DNA from: a virus
Taxonomy: Duplodnaviria; Caudoviricetes
Length of the DNA stretch: 55,760 bases
IMG/VR virus record: IMGVR_UViG_3300048538_000042
Coordinates: 1 to 55,760 of that record
Reading direction: 5' to 3' (one strand)
Each line of letters opens with the position of its first letter. Position 1 is the stretch's first letter. Made by a program: the position numbers and the translations under genes. This document shows positions 35,958-45,349 of this stretch, piece after piece. Under the pieces are notes generated by a model. It did no database searches and had not been told where the DNA came from. It saw nothing but the letters and a program-made list of their open reading frames with translations.

Positions 35958-37135
35958 TTGGATGTAGCGTTAACGCTCTCCCTGCCGCGTGAATTAGCTG
36001 TGGGTGATATTAGATCGCCAAAGTCTGTAGCGTTACCTGTAGAACCTATAGTGATATACTGAATAACCCTTGATGGATTAAAAGTAGCCTCTGTTCCCCC
36101 AGCAAAAAGACCCCTTGTCGCGTTTGCTGTGCCGCCCATTTGTTCTTGGGCCTCAAGAAGATCGCCAAAGTCTGTAGCATTACCTGTTGAAGCTATTGTT
36201 ACATATTGAATAATATTGGTAGCAGTTGGGCCACCACCAGCAATAACACCTCGTGTATTATTTGATAAACCTGACGTGTAAAAATTACTTGTATTCGTAA
36301 GATCACCAAAATCTATAGCGTTGCCTGTAGTGTCTATAGTGATGTATTGAATGACGTTACTACTACTACCGCCACCTACAAACAAACCTCTTGTTGGTGA
36401 AGCACAAGTTGATCCACCGTTAAGTTCAACGCCTATTAGATCGCCAAAGTTTGTGCTATTACCTGTTGAAGCTATGGTTACATATTCTATATTATCTTTT
36501 GACTCCCCACCACCAAAAACACCCCTTGTACCATTAGAAAGACCTGTAACACCTCTAGTAGAGTAAGAGATTTCACCAAAAGAAACAGCGTTGCCAGTGG
36601 ATGCTATCGTGATGTAATCTATATCATTTGATACTTGCTCTGGGCCGGTCTTTAATATTAACCCCCTAGTAGAACTAGCAACTGTACCACTAGCTGCATT
36701 ACTTGAAGATGTTAAATCCCCGAAATCTACCGCATCTGCTGTTGTTGCAATAGAAACATAATCTATTATATTTGTCGGGTTAGAGCGTCCCATACCACCA
36801 GAAAACACAGCACGAGATGCAGTGGGCGATGCACTACTTGTTGCGTCACTAGGTGCAGAATAACCAAAAGGATTTATAGCCCATACGTTAAACGTATAAC
36901 TTGAGCCTGAAGACAGACCACCAACGGCAATAGGCGATTCTGAACCAGACGCAGAATGTGTTCCTGTGCTGTCCTGCACATGGTAGCTAGTTATAGCAGC
37001 GCCGCCTGTATCTGTAGGAGCAGTAAAGCTAACATTTACTACAGTATCAATCCCGCCAGAAGCACTAACCCCTGTCGCTGGATCAGGTGCATTAAGTCCG
37101 TCTTGGCCTATAAAGCCGCCTTTACCATTAGACAT
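35936..37135 (-). CDS. FN3-like domain plus beta-propeller-like repeat virion protein (paralog of the neighbour)
   Basis: VSFTAPTDTGGAAITSY...YTFNVWAIN FN3-like segment, then IxYxTIASTGNAxDFGDL repeats. Confidence 0.75.
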   Translation of the reverse strand: MSNGKGGFIGQDGLNAPDPATGVSASGGIDTVVNVSFTAPTDTGGAAITSYHVQDSTGTHSASGSESPIAVGGLSSGSSYTFNVWAINPFGYSAPSDATSSASPTASRAVFSGGMGRSNPTNIIDYVSIATTADAVDFGDLTSSSNAASGTVASSTRGLILKTGPEQVSNDIDYITIASTGNAVSFGEISYSTRGVTGLSNGTRGVFGGGESKDNIEYVTIASTGNSTNFGDLIGVELNGGSTCASPTRGLFVGGGSSSNVIQYITIDTTGNAIDFGDLTNTSNFYTSGLSNNTRGVIAGGGPTATNIIQYVTIASTGNATDFGDLLEAQEQMGGTANATRGLFAGGTEATFNPSRVIQYITIGSTGNATDFGDLISPTANSRGRESVNATSNAHGGLS

Positions 37136-37147
37136 CAGAGGCTCCTA

Positions 37148-37522
37148 TTAGCTAATTTCCTCGTAGCTAACGATCACTTCAAGATCATTCGCAGTGCCAG
37201 CCGTTGCCGTGATTGAAGTGTTTTCTTCAAGATAGATTGCGGTGCTTTTATCTAACACAACTAACGATGCATCAGCAGGGACAGATATAGTTGCAGCAAG
37301 CGAATACGCCGTACCACCACCAGAGGCCGCGCTATGCACATCAACTGTAACATCGGCAGCGTTTGTGCCATCGACGTTTGCAACCTGAATCATGTTAATC
37401 TTGAAAACCTTGCTGCTTGATGCGGCGTTGCTAACCAGCGTAGTAGCAGAGGTTGAGGAAAGCGCAACGGTGGCAGATTTGCCCGTGATCGTTGCGACAT
37501 TTACAATATTCGGTGCAGCCAT
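37148..37522 (-). CDS. Small beta-rich virion protein
   Basis: MAAPNIVNV...SYEEIS. Confidence 0.8.
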   Translation of the reverse strand: MAAPNIVNVATITGKSATVALSSTSATTLVSNAASSSKVFKINMIQVANVDGTNAADVTVDVHSAASGGGTAYSLAATISVPADASLVVLDKSTAIYLEENTSITATAGTANDLEVIVSYEEIS

Positions 37523-37534
37523 TTGTTTTCTCCT

Positions 37535-38215
37535 TTAGCCAAACACGATTGCCATAGCTATGGCTTTACCAGTTGATATACCAGCACTACCAAAACTAAT
37601 AGTGCCACTTCCGTTAGTAACTAATGCTTGGCCGCTTGTGCCATCCGATGTCGGCAGAGTAAGCGCCGTTACAAATGCCTGCAAGTTTGCATCATACGCC
37701 AATACATCTGATCCAACTGCCACGCCTAGATTCGTTCGTGAGGTTCCTGCATTCGCAACATCTGATAAGTTATTCGCAGCAAGCAATGATCCCGTAGCTG
37801 GGATTGTGGCCGTAAGATCAACAACCGCGGCCCCTGATCCAGCGCCGTCGCAGTAAATAAACGCCGTGTTGCCATTAGCTACCGTTACGTTAGCCCCGCT
37901 CCCCTGTGAAAACACCGCAGACTGCCCTGAGTTGTTCTTTACGACGTAAAACTTTTGGCTGTCATTGGGAGCTACCGTAATTGTATTAGTTCCACTTGGA
38001 CTGCCAGAAAGAACCAAAACACGATACTGACCATCGGACAAAGCCCCATCCGAGGTTGTCAAAGTATGCGTTGTTCCAGACAACGTAATTGTACCAACAC
38101 CGTTGGTCAGTCGGTCCAAGATGTCGAAGTTGAGGTTAGTGGTATTGCCCCAAGTACCGGACTCATCGCCCGTCGCGATCTTTGTAATACCGCCATTTGT
38201 AGTATAGGTAGCCAT
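37535..38215 (-). CDS. Tail fibre proximal / anchor protein
   Basis: GDESGTWGNTTNLN N-terminus; LPTSDGTSGQAL...GKAIAMAIVFG C-terminus. Confidence 0.7.
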   Translation of the reverse strand: MATYTTNGGITKIATGDESGTWGNTTNLNFDILDRLTNGVGTITLSGTTHTLTTSDGALSDGQYRVLVLSGSPSGTNTITVAPNDSQKFYVVKNNSGQSAVFSQGSGANVTVANGNTAFIYCDGAGSGAAVVDLTATIPATGSLLAANNLSDVANAGTSRTNLGVAVGSDVLAYDANLQAFVTALTLPTSDGTSGQALVTNGSGTISFGSAGISTGKAIAMAIVFG

Positions 38216-38227
38216 ATTTCCTTACCT

Positions 38228-39148
38228 TTACGCTGCTATTTCAGTCCAAGTTGTGCCAGGATTTGGTCCCTCTTCAGTCCAAGTATCTCCTCCAGAAGGA
38301 GACACAGGCGTCCAAGACGTTCCTGGGTTTGGAATAATGTTATCATAAACTAGCACAGAACCAACCGTTGCGCTAGCACTAAGCCCCGTGACGTTTAAAA
38401 TCGCGTTTCCTTTAGGCTCAACCGCTCCAACTCCAGAGGTCATTATCATGCCAATGTTGTTAACAGGAACTCTTTGGAAAGTGCGTAGTTCAATGGGGTT
38501 TACAAGCCCTGATGCAGCAAGTCCCGTCACTTGGACATTTGGAGCATCACCAATTATAGTGGGCGCTGTCACCCCACCAACCGCTTCAACTCCTACAGCA
38601 TTTACATCTACACCCGTGCCTTCGATGATCGTGACACTGCCAACATTTCCCGAAGCCTCAAGACCTGTCGCCGGGGCATAAGCGTTAATAACAACAGTAA
38701 CTCCGTTAAGCGCCGTTGTTCCAAGCAACGACGCCGTAAGTGTGACCGTAACTCCCGCGCCTTCCACAACAGTGACAGCACCAACAGCCATTGTTGCTTC
38801 AAGACCTGTTGTTGGAATATTCTGCTCAGTACGAAGAGTTACATCACCAACCGTACCCGTGCCGGACACCCCAACGGCACTAACATTATTGTTGCCTTTA
38901 GCAATAACAGAACCAACGGCACTGACAGAGCCGAGTCCCGTAACCGTAACCGAAACATTCTCACGAATAACCGCAACGCCAACTTGGCCTTGCAAAGCGT
39001 CAAGAGTAGATTTTTCGCCGCCCCAAGCAGTAGTACCAAACCCTAACTCCCCCCACCCGTTAAGAGTGTGACCCACACGGACAGGAACTGCTTCATTCCA
39101 AGCAGACTCTCCCCATTCGCCACGACTCCAACCAGTGATGTTCGCCAT
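38228..39148 (-). CDS. Val/Gly/Thr-rich repeat virion protein
   Basis: GWxxxxWG and VTGxxxxGxVG repeats. Confidence 0.75.
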   Translation of the reverse strand: MANITGWSRGEWGESAWNEAVPVRVGHTLNGWGELGFGTTAWGGEKSTLDALQGQVGVAVIRENVSVTVTGLGSVSAVGSVIAKGNNNVSAVGVSGTGTVGDVTLRTEQNIPTTGLEATMAVGAVTVVEGAGVTVTLTASLLGTTALNGVTVVINAYAPATGLEASGNVGSVTIIEGTGVDVNAVGVEAVGGVTAPTIIGDAPNVQVTGLAASGLVNPIELRTFQRVPVNNIGMIMTSGVGAVEPKGNAILNVTGLSASATVGSVLVYDNIIPNPGTSWTPVSPSGGDTWTEEGPNPGTTWTEIAA

Positions 39149-39159
39149 AGGGTTGCCCC

Positions 39160-39609
39160 TTACGCGATACGAATAAGAGCGTTAGTAGCGTCAGCAGTTG
39201 GGAATACAATCTGGAAGTCACCCGCTGTAGAAGACTTGTCAGAGCCAAAGTCCAAAACAACAACAGTGTCCGTAGTACCCGACCCTGCGCCAGTGGTTGT
39301 ATTGTAAATCAACGCACCACGCGCAGTGATTGTAGCTGAGGTAAACGTCAAATCCGCAAAGTCTGTGAACGCTGTTGTACCAGAAGTTGTCGGTGTCACA
39401 TTTGTAAGTGTGCCGCCACCTGCTGAATACGAACCAGAGTTACCAACTTCGTTTGATGAAGTGTAAGCAGTTGTCGCCGCATTGAAAGAAGCACTGTTGG
39501 TATACAGAGCTAACTTAAAAGTGTCGCCTGATGAGTTTGTAAAGTTGTGACTACCAGTAAGCAATTCCTGCTTAAAAGAAGTACACATATAGTTTCCGCT
39601 GAAAGCCAT
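39160..39609 (-). CDS. Virion structural protein
   Basis: CTSFKQELL...TFKLALY...ARGALIYN motif. Confidence 0.8.
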   Translation of the reverse strand: MAFSGNYMCTSFKQELLTGSHNFTNSSGDTFKLALYTNSASFNAATTAYTSSNEVGNSGSYSAGGGTLTNVTPTTSGTTAFTDFADLTFTSATITARGALIYNTTTGAGSGTTDTVVVLDFGSDKSSTAGDFQIVFPTADATNALIRIA

Positions 39610-39611
39610 GA

Positions 39612-39908
39612 TTATAGTCTCCTTATAAGTTCAGCCAGTTCGGGGTTTCCCGCATCCTTGAGTGCATTATACACAGTTGTGCGGTCACTGCGAATAGCCT
39701 GCCGCATATAATATGCAACAAGCGTTTCGACGTGCTTCGAAAAAGCACGAGCTTGGTCCCGTATCCCTGGATGGGCAGTATCGGAAACCGAAATAATCTT
39801 CTCAACACACTGCTCCGCTAACTCGTCAGGAGTAAATCCCCGGTTGTCGGTAGTGTTTACCCCGATGACAGGAGCGTCCTTGTTGATATCTACCTTAAAC
39901 TCAAACAT
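39612..39908 (-). CDS. Hypothetical protein
   Basis: 98 aa, coupled. Confidence 0.8.
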   Translation of the reverse strand: MFEFKVDINKDAPVIGVNTTDNRGFTPDELAEQCVEKIISVSDTAHPGIRDQARAFSKHVETLVAYYMRQAIRSDRTTVYNALKDAGNPELAELIRRL

Positions 39909-40573
39909 TACGTTTTCTCCCGTAATACTTTACCTGTACGGTACTCATCCGTAGTTTCTTTTGCCTCACCAAGCTGTTTGATTCCCACCAAGGCTTCTTT
40001 AAAACGAGAGTTGTACAACGACATTATGTCCTGCTCGCCCTTCATATAAATGTAAGCCTCGATCAAAGATCCATACAACAGCGCCATTTCAGCATTTATA
40101 CTAAGCCAAGTCGTTGCGCCATCAGCACCCGCAGTCAGACTAAGTGGCCGATAAAAATAATGAAGCTCCGCAGTGTAGTTTGCACCAACCGCAGGAGCAT
40201 TTGGCGTTGGAGCCAATAGAAAGTTTTCTACGTCAAATACCCCATAGTAACGGGGCGCACCAGTTGTCGTGTCGTCCGGAGTATAGGTCTGCAAAAAGCT
40301 AGGATCCTTAAACTCAATAAAAAACCTGTCCGCGTCTGGACCCCGCAAGCTCAATGAGAAGGGAGCCAGAAAATCGGAGGGAACCGCTAAATAAGGATTG
40401 CCCGCGGTAGTTGAAGCAGTAGAGTTCTTTCTAAACAAACTAAGCTGTACATTCTTCAAGATCCGCTCTTCCGCCTGCCTAATAAACAAAGGAAGGTTTG
40501 TGACAAACGATGTCTCATCGTTCTCTGTATAATCTTGAATAGCCTGTTTAAGCTGCGCGTATGTAAAACTCAT
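39908..40573 (-). CDS. Head-tail adaptor / tail tubular protein A-like
   Basis: TYAQLKQAIQDY...LAPTP...LLYGSLIEAY. Confidence 0.7.
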   Translation of the reverse strand: MSFTYAQLKQAIQDYTENDETSFVTNLPLFIRQAEERILKNVQLSLFRKNSTASTTAGNPYLAVPSDFLAPFSLSLRGPDADRFFIEFKDPSFLQTYTPDDTTTGAPRYYGVFDVENFLLAPTPNAPAVGANYTAELHYFYRPLSLTAGADGATTWLSINAEMALLYGSLIEAYIYMKGEQDIMSLYNSRFKEALVGIKQLGEAKETTDEYRTGKVLREKT

Positions 40574-40896
40574 GTTGTCACCACCGTTACTGTTCCGACT
40601 GAGCCTTGGGCAACCAAATTATTAGAAGGACTAAGCCCTGGAATATATGCGAAGCCCACAGGATTCCAGCCCCACTGCACTGCACGTTGCTCGGCAAGCT
40701 GTGTCTCTGGACGAGGATCCCGTAATGCTTGCGGATCTGGATATGCTTTCGGCGGGTACAACTGCGGATGTTTGGGCTCGAACTCGTCTGGGCCAACTTT
40801 AGACCCCGTCCACTCCACCTTCATTTCACGAAGACGGTAACGGCGACCAGACCGATCAGATATACCCCAAGCATTTTTGCCACTAGCGTATGCCAT
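40570..40896 (-). CDS. Hypothetical structural protein
   Basis: YASGK.AWGISDRSG...EPKHPQL...DPQALRDPRP. Confidence 0.8.
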   Translation of the reverse strand: MAYASGKNAWGISDRSGRRYRLREMKVEWTGSKVGPDEFEPKHPQLYPPKAYPDPQALRDPRPETQLAEQRAVQWGWNPVGFAYIPGLSPSNNLVAQGSVGTVTVVTT

Positions 40897-41561
40897 TATA
40901 CCCTCAAATAACTTAGACTAGGCTGCAACTTCAAAGGAGTCCGACCTTGGTCCTCGTCCGCTGCGCGTTGGAACTCTTCTTCGTATACCGTCTTCAACAA
41001 CTGCACACGCTCCGGCGCACGTTTCATAGCCATATAATAGGCTAATCCCGCCACCATGCAGGGAAAGAACCTGAAGGGCATATCAGTAGTATTCACCAAA
41101 GCATCTGCATCCTGAATCCGACGCACATAATAGTAAATCAGTTGATCCGTTGAGTTCTCCGGTACAGCCCAAAGATTGATTACAGGATCAATCTGCCTAT
41201 TCAACCAGTACTGGCTGGTACGGCCTTGAGTCGTGTTGTTTGGAAGAGTTGAATATTCGCCACGGCTAATGCGCTCAACCTCAAAGTCTGTGCCATTTCG
41301 ACGAACCACCACATCAAGGAGATCAACCACATCATCCGTCAACGTCTCCTGTGCTTGACCTTGGGTAAGGGTAATCGTGCCCTGCTTGACAGTCCACAAG
41401 TTTAACCCACGGTTCGCCCAGTCTGCAAACATCAGGTTCAAAGATCTGCGAGCCGTGCGAGCATCGTAGCCCGTGCGGACCTCTAATCCACACCGCTCAT
41501 ACGCTTCTTCAATAACCTCCCCTACATCGAGGTTAAAATCTCTTGAACCTGAAGTTGCCAT
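40896..41561 (-). CDS. Putative head-tail connector protein
   Basis: IEEAYERCG...ARRSLNLMFADWANRGLNLW; position after the capsid genes. Confidence 0.65.
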   Translation of the reverse strand: MATSGSRDFNLDVGEVIEEAYERCGLEVRTGYDARTARRSLNLMFADWANRGLNLWTVKQGTITLTQGQAQETLTDDVVDLLDVVVRRNGTDFEVERISRGEYSTLPNNTTQGRTSQYWLNRQIDPVINLWAVPENSTDQLIYYYVRRIQDADALVNTTDMPFRFFPCMVAGLAYYMAMKRAPERVQLLKTVYEEEFQRAADEDQGRTPLKLQPSLSYLRV

Positions 41562-41809
41562 CAGCTGCTTCCTTTAAAAGACCCACCACGGCCAGCCATT
41601 ACACAACCGCCGTTGGCATAGCCAACCTTACCACCGCGCATCATCTTAACTGGACCGCCACGCATCATCTTAACTGGACCGCCACGCATCATCTTAACTG
41701 GACCGCCACGCATCATCTTGTTGACCCCTCGGCCTTTAAGAATATCTGCTTGTGTGACTTTACCATCTCCGGTCAAATCGGGGAATTTTTTACCTGGCAT
41801 TTTAAACAC
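41561..41809 (-). CDS. Small basic protein with a DLTGDGKVTQAD loop and KMMRGGPV repeats
   Basis: 82 aa; in-frame tandem 24-bp repeats. Confidence 0.75.
   Translation of the reverse strand: MFKMPGKKFPDLTGDGKVTQADILKGRGVNKMMRGGPVKMMRGGPVKMMRGGPVKMMRGGKVGYANGGCVMAGRGGSFKGSS
41639..41719 (-). repeat. 24-bp tandem repeat x3.4 (KMMRGGPV)
   Basis: CATCATCTTAACTGGACCGCCACG x3 plus a partial copy. Confidence 0.95.
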
Positions 41810-42245
41810 TCCTTTGTCTACGCATTAGTATATGCCGTTTATAGTCATCAGGCTCATAATTTTTATAGTAGCCTAGTTTCTCAAGTTTTGCAGCAGCATT
41901 CTCTAAATCGCTCCAACGCTGCACAAACACAACGCCTTCTGCCCCTGAATGAAATGCAAGCAGCCAAATGTCTTTATCAACATCACTGAAAAATCTGTTT
42001 AACGCATGACATCGATCTTCTAACGATTGATAGTCGTCAGTGTAATCGTAGTCGAAAAACATGGCAACTTTATACCCTTTAGCGTTAAATCCTGCACATT
42101 CGTGTAAAACATCTGACCATAAATCATCTGTTACAACAGTCTTAACCTCGCCCGCCTCGTAAACCTGCAAAGCAAACGGACAACGAGGGACGTTGTTATT
42201 AAACTCAGATGGCTGCGCCAAATCTTTTACCCAAGACTCTATCAA
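41802..42245 (-). CDS. Hypothetical protein (CPFA motif, DUF1415-like)
   Basis: WV...PRCPFA...VFVQR...L...GYY. Confidence 0.7.
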   Translation of the reverse strand: MIESWVKDLAQPSEFNNNVPRCPFALQVYEAGEVKTVVTDDLWSDVLHECAGFNAKGYKVAMFFDYDYTDDYQSLEDRCHALNRFFSDVDKDIWLLAFHSGAEGVVFVQRWSDLENAAAKLEKLGYYKNYEPDDYKRHILMRRQRSV

Positions 42246-42469
42246 AAGACCCTCACTAATCCGCCGTTAGCTTTCCAATTAATCCGTTTCGAAGACTTCT
42301 TCTTCTTTGCCGCTGACGTACACTGCGCCATAGTAGGGCGACAAGCAGGATAACCCTTACGCTTCTCCCCCTTTTGACGACCACAGGGCTTGCCAGTCTT
42401 ACAATCGACCCAACCCTTCCCGTCATTCTGGGAGAACCATTCACGCAATGAGTTCTTTTTCTTCGCCAC
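42242..42469 (-). CDS. Small basic Cys-containing phage protein
   Basis: WVDCKTGKPCGR...YPACRP. Confidence 0.8.
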   Translation of the reverse strand: MAKKKNSLREWFSQNDGKGWVDCKTGKPCGRQKGEKRKGYPACRPTMAQCTSAAKKKKSSKRINWKANGGLVRVF

Positions 42470-42750
42470 TAATACGTCCTCGTACTCTTACGTCTATTTT
42501 CTTCAACGCAACCACAACCAGAAGCGATCATCCCACCGTCTTTGTAACGATTACGCGCTACACGTTTGGGGTTGTCCACCGCAGCAATAAGACCGCCCTC
42601 AGCCTTTTTGTTAGTAGATTTTCCCCAGTTTTTTGCGCCCACCTTTCGGCACTTTGACAGGGCTCCCGAAGCGTAGGCGCTGGGCCACACCTTGTAGCGA
42701 CTTTTTACTTTGTGGTAGCAAGCGTCTTTCTTTGTCTTCTTTTCTGCCAT
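42469..42750 (-). CDS. Small basic phage protein
   Basis: DACYHKVKSRYKVWPSAYASGALSKCRK. Confidence 0.8.
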   Translation of the reverse strand: MAEKKTKKDACYHKVKSRYKVWPSAYASGALSKCRKVGAKNWGKSTNKKAEGGLIAAVDNPKRVARNRYKDGGMIASGCGCVEENRRKSTRTY

Positions 42751-42989
42751 TAGTCCGCTCCTGTGGAGGCTTGGATACTTGTTGGGCCATAGACATCCGG
42801 GTTATACTCATTGTGCGTTGCACTCCGTACTAGAAAGTCTTGCCACATTGGCTTTATCATATTGTAGTTTTCATCAACCTTATAGCTGACGACAGCCATA
42901 TTGGCGTTCATGTTATACAACTGAAAGGACCCCCAGCCTAAAAGCAAAGTTATCGTTGCGGCAAAAATATCTTGGGAGTTGATCTTCAT
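42750..42989 (-). CDS. Small protein with N-terminal transmembrane helix
   Basis: IFAATITLLLGWGSF. Confidence 0.7.
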   Translation of the reverse strand: MKINSQDIFAATITLLLGWGSFQLYNMNANMAVVSYKVDENYNMIKPMWQDFLVRSATHNEYNPDVYGPTSIQASTGAD

Positions 42990-42993
42990 ATTC

Positions 42994-43239
42994 CTACCAC
43001 ATCTTACACGACCAGTAACGAGCCGTTAACTTGTCTAACTTCTTCGTATCACACCCATGACGCGCACGGAAAGACTTGCGGCGCTTGGGGTTTGACTTCT
43101 TAATCGTCATCTTGGCATCGCCAAAGCGAATAATCTTTTCTTTGCCGTCCTTACAAGCCTTTACAACGGACTTCTTACCGCCGGAGATCTGACGTTTAGG
43201 TTTGTTGCATTTCATCTTGGACTTGTCGATCTTAGCCAT
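42994..43239 (-). CDS. Small basic phage protein
   Basis: IIRFGD...RRKSFRARHGC...ARYWSC. Confidence 0.8.
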   Translation of the reverse strand: MAKIDKSKMKCNKPKRQISGGKKSVVKACKDGKEKIIRFGDAKMTIKKSNPKRRKSFRARHGCDTKKLDKLTARYWSCKMW

Positions 43240-43241
43240 AA

Positions 43242-43526
43242 CTACTCCACAATCACTGATATGGTAGTGTTACTGGGAATCGAAGCGTACACACCTTTTT
43301 TAGCTAGTATACCATCCCCAGGAAGAAATATTTCATCCATACCTTGAGAAGTTTCATCGACTCTAAGTAATACCTTTCCTGACGCTTCTGAAGCGTTGTC
43401 GTAAAGTACGACATGCCCTGTGGCTCCTGATTCATATGTCAAAAGCACACCTTGAAGCCGACAGCGCCGTTGAACCAACGCTGCCGAAGTCTGAGAATAA
43501 AAGGACGTTACCTCACTGCCGACCAT
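43242..43526 (-). CDS. Small beta-rich virion protein (paralog of the neighbour)
   Basis: RLQGV...LYD...FLPGDGILAKKGVY. Confidence 0.8.
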   Translation of the reverse strand: MVGSEVTSFYSQTSAALVQRRCRLQGVLLTYESGATGHVVLYDNASEASGKVLLRVDETSQGMDEIFLPGDGILAKKGVYASIPSNTTISVIVE

Positions 43527-43534
43527 CTCGACAC

Positions 43535-43816
43535 CTACGACAAGATAATCGTAAGCTGATTTGCCGAACCCGTAAACGCATCAATATAAACACCTGCAGT
43601 GGCAATGATGCCATCGTCAGGTATGTTCATAACATGATGCCCTGTGGGAAACGTCTGCGTTAACAAAACAGTCCCGTTGGTGTCTCCGTTTTTAAGTGTA
43701 AACGCCCCTGCCGCAGCAGCGTAAATTACAACCTGACGGAGACGAGAACGAGTCGGACCAACAATCGCAGCCGTCGTGCCTTGAACCCAATTATATGCTG
43801 TTACTGGACCAGCCAT
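43535..43816 (-). CDS. Small beta-rich virion protein
   Basis: RLRQV...NIPDDGIIATAGVY. Confidence 0.8.
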   Translation of the reverse strand: MAGPVTAYNWVQGTTAAIVGPTRSRLRQVVIYAAAAGAFTLKNGDTNGTVLLTQTFPTGHHVMNIPDDGIIATAGVYIDAFTGSANQLTIILS

Positions 43817-43828
43817 AAAAGCCTCCTA

Positions 43829-44290
43829 TTAAGCGAGGTTATTGTTTTGCTGATACAAAATTGTAAAACGAACTAAACCCGCATTTGTTGCAGCAGAGCC
43901 AGTAACAGTTAAACGAATATCCGCTGTGCCTGTGTCTTGCCATGCTAATGCAGCACCTGCTTGCGTGGTTGGATATTTACGTCCCGCGTCTGTTCCACTT
44001 GCAAATGTATTCAAAATAGTTGCTGCACCACCTACGGTATCACCAACACTCAAGTTTGTTGAGGCATTAGCCGCCGTGATAATATCAATAACACAGTCAA
44101 TAATTTGAGAATTTGCAGGAATTACAACGTCAGTAACTTGTGCAGCTACTGCTCCGCCAGATAGATCCACTGAAAATGTCTGAGCCATAACGACTTGACC
44201 AGTGTTCTTAATATTTGATCCAAGGGTTGTACCCGTGGTTTCTTTAATGGTCCCTGCTTTAATAGGACCTGAAAAAGTTGTCGTACCCAT
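43829..44290 (-). CDS. Putative capsid decoration / minor capsid protein
   Basis: MGTTTFSGPIKAG; directly after the major capsid gene, AGGAG RBS. Confidence 0.7.
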   Translation of the reverse strand: MGTTTFSGPIKAGTIKETTGTTLGSNIKNTGQVVMAQTFSVDLSGGAVAAQVTDVVIPANSQIIDCVIDIITAANASTNLSVGDTVGGAATILNTFASGTDAGRKYPTTQAGAALAWQDTGTADIRLTVTGSAATNAGLVRFTILYQQNNNLA

Positions 44291-44364
44291 GTCGATCTCC
44301 TGTCTAGGTAAATGTCAGCCGCACCTTGCGACTGTCAGGGATGACTAAACAATACAGAAGAATA

Positions 44365-44398
44365 AAACAAAAAGAAAGGGGCAACCGAAGTCGCCCCC
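44365..44398 (-). terminator. Intrinsic terminator after the major capsid gene
   Basis: Minus strand GGGGCGAC-TTCG-GTTGCCCC then TTTCTTTTT. Confidence 0.85.
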
Positions 44399-44421
44399 AA
44401 AGACACAAACTGTATCTATTC

Positions 44422-45336
44422 TTAGGCTGCGCCTGGTGAACCAAACACCGCACGAGGATCGCTAAAGCCGAAGCTGTAACGCTCACGCGCTTTAAAGCGC
44501 ATGTTACCTGTGTCGAAGTCAGCTTCCATATTGGTGGACATTGGAGTCCGCTCAAAATGGACGAAACCACGAGGTGCGTCAGTCTTGATAAAGAACGCAT
44601 CTGGATCTGTAAGGAAGTCGTTGACGGCATAACCTTCAGGCAACATTCCCATAGAACGGATTGCGTTCGTATCATTGTCCGCTGTACCAACACGCAAGTT
44701 GGAAACCATCAAACGCTCTGCAACGAATTGCAACTGACGTGGAAGGACCAACTTCATGCCGCGTAACGCGACTTTAAGACCACGCTCGTCAACAAAACCT
44801 GCGATGTTGATCAAAGCATCTTCAAGAGATGTTTCGTTCAAATCTGCAGCTACTGCTGGTTCGTTGGCAAACGTACCACCGGAAGTAAGTGGGTGGTTAG
44901 TTGCACACAAAGCAACTCCGTCGCCACCAGCAGATGCGCCAGCGGTGAAGGCGTTGTTAAGAACTGCAGCAGCCTTAACTTGCTTTGAGTGTGCCATTGA
45001 ACGAGCCAACGCACGAGTGTAACGCGAACCAAGACGATCATAAAGATTGTCTTCGATAGCTTCCTCAGTTATTGAGAATGCCAGCGCCACTGTTTCGTGG
45101 TTGTAACGAGCAGTGTATGCTTCGTTAGCGTCGTCAAAGTTAATTGCAGAACCTTCCCCTTTGGTCGGTGCTGCGCCGAAACCAGACAACATCACTTCCT
45201 CTTCGAATGCTCGATCAGAAGACTCTGTTGTAAAGATCTCTGCGTGTTGGTTTTCGTACCGAGAGTACTCCATACCAAACAGCGCGTTGAGGCCCGGTTC
45301 TAGCTCTTTCGCTAATTGTGCGCGTGAAATAGCCAT
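44422..45336 (-). CDS. Major capsid protein
   Basis: MAISRAQLAKELEPGLNALFG...DFDTGNMRFKARERYSFG; GGAGG RBS; followed by a terminator. Confidence 0.9.
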   Translation of the reverse strand: MAISRAQLAKELEPGLNALFGMEYSRYENQHAEIFTTESSDRAFEEEVMLSGFGAAPTKGEGSAINFDDANEAYTARYNHETVALAFSITEEAIEDNLYDRLGSRYTRALARSMAHSKQVKAAAVLNNAFTAGASAGGDGVALCATNHPLTSGGTFANEPAVAADLNETSLEDALINIAGFVDERGLKVALRGMKLVLPRQLQFVAERLMVSNLRVGTADNDTNAIRSMGMLPEGYAVNDFLTDPDAFFIKTDAPRGFVHFERTPMSTNMEADFDTGNMRFKARERYSFGFSDPRAVFGSPGAA

Positions 45337-45349
45337 TTGTTAGACCTCC

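Noticed and set aside
32938-37135. Diversity-generating retroelement acting on the fibre genes
   Set aside because: No reverse transcriptase and no template/variable repeat pair with adenine-specific differences; the repeats are ordinary protein repeats
44304-44693. Frameshift-extended capsid protein via the overlapping 129-aa frame
   Set aside because: No clear slippery site, and the frame runs through a strong terminator
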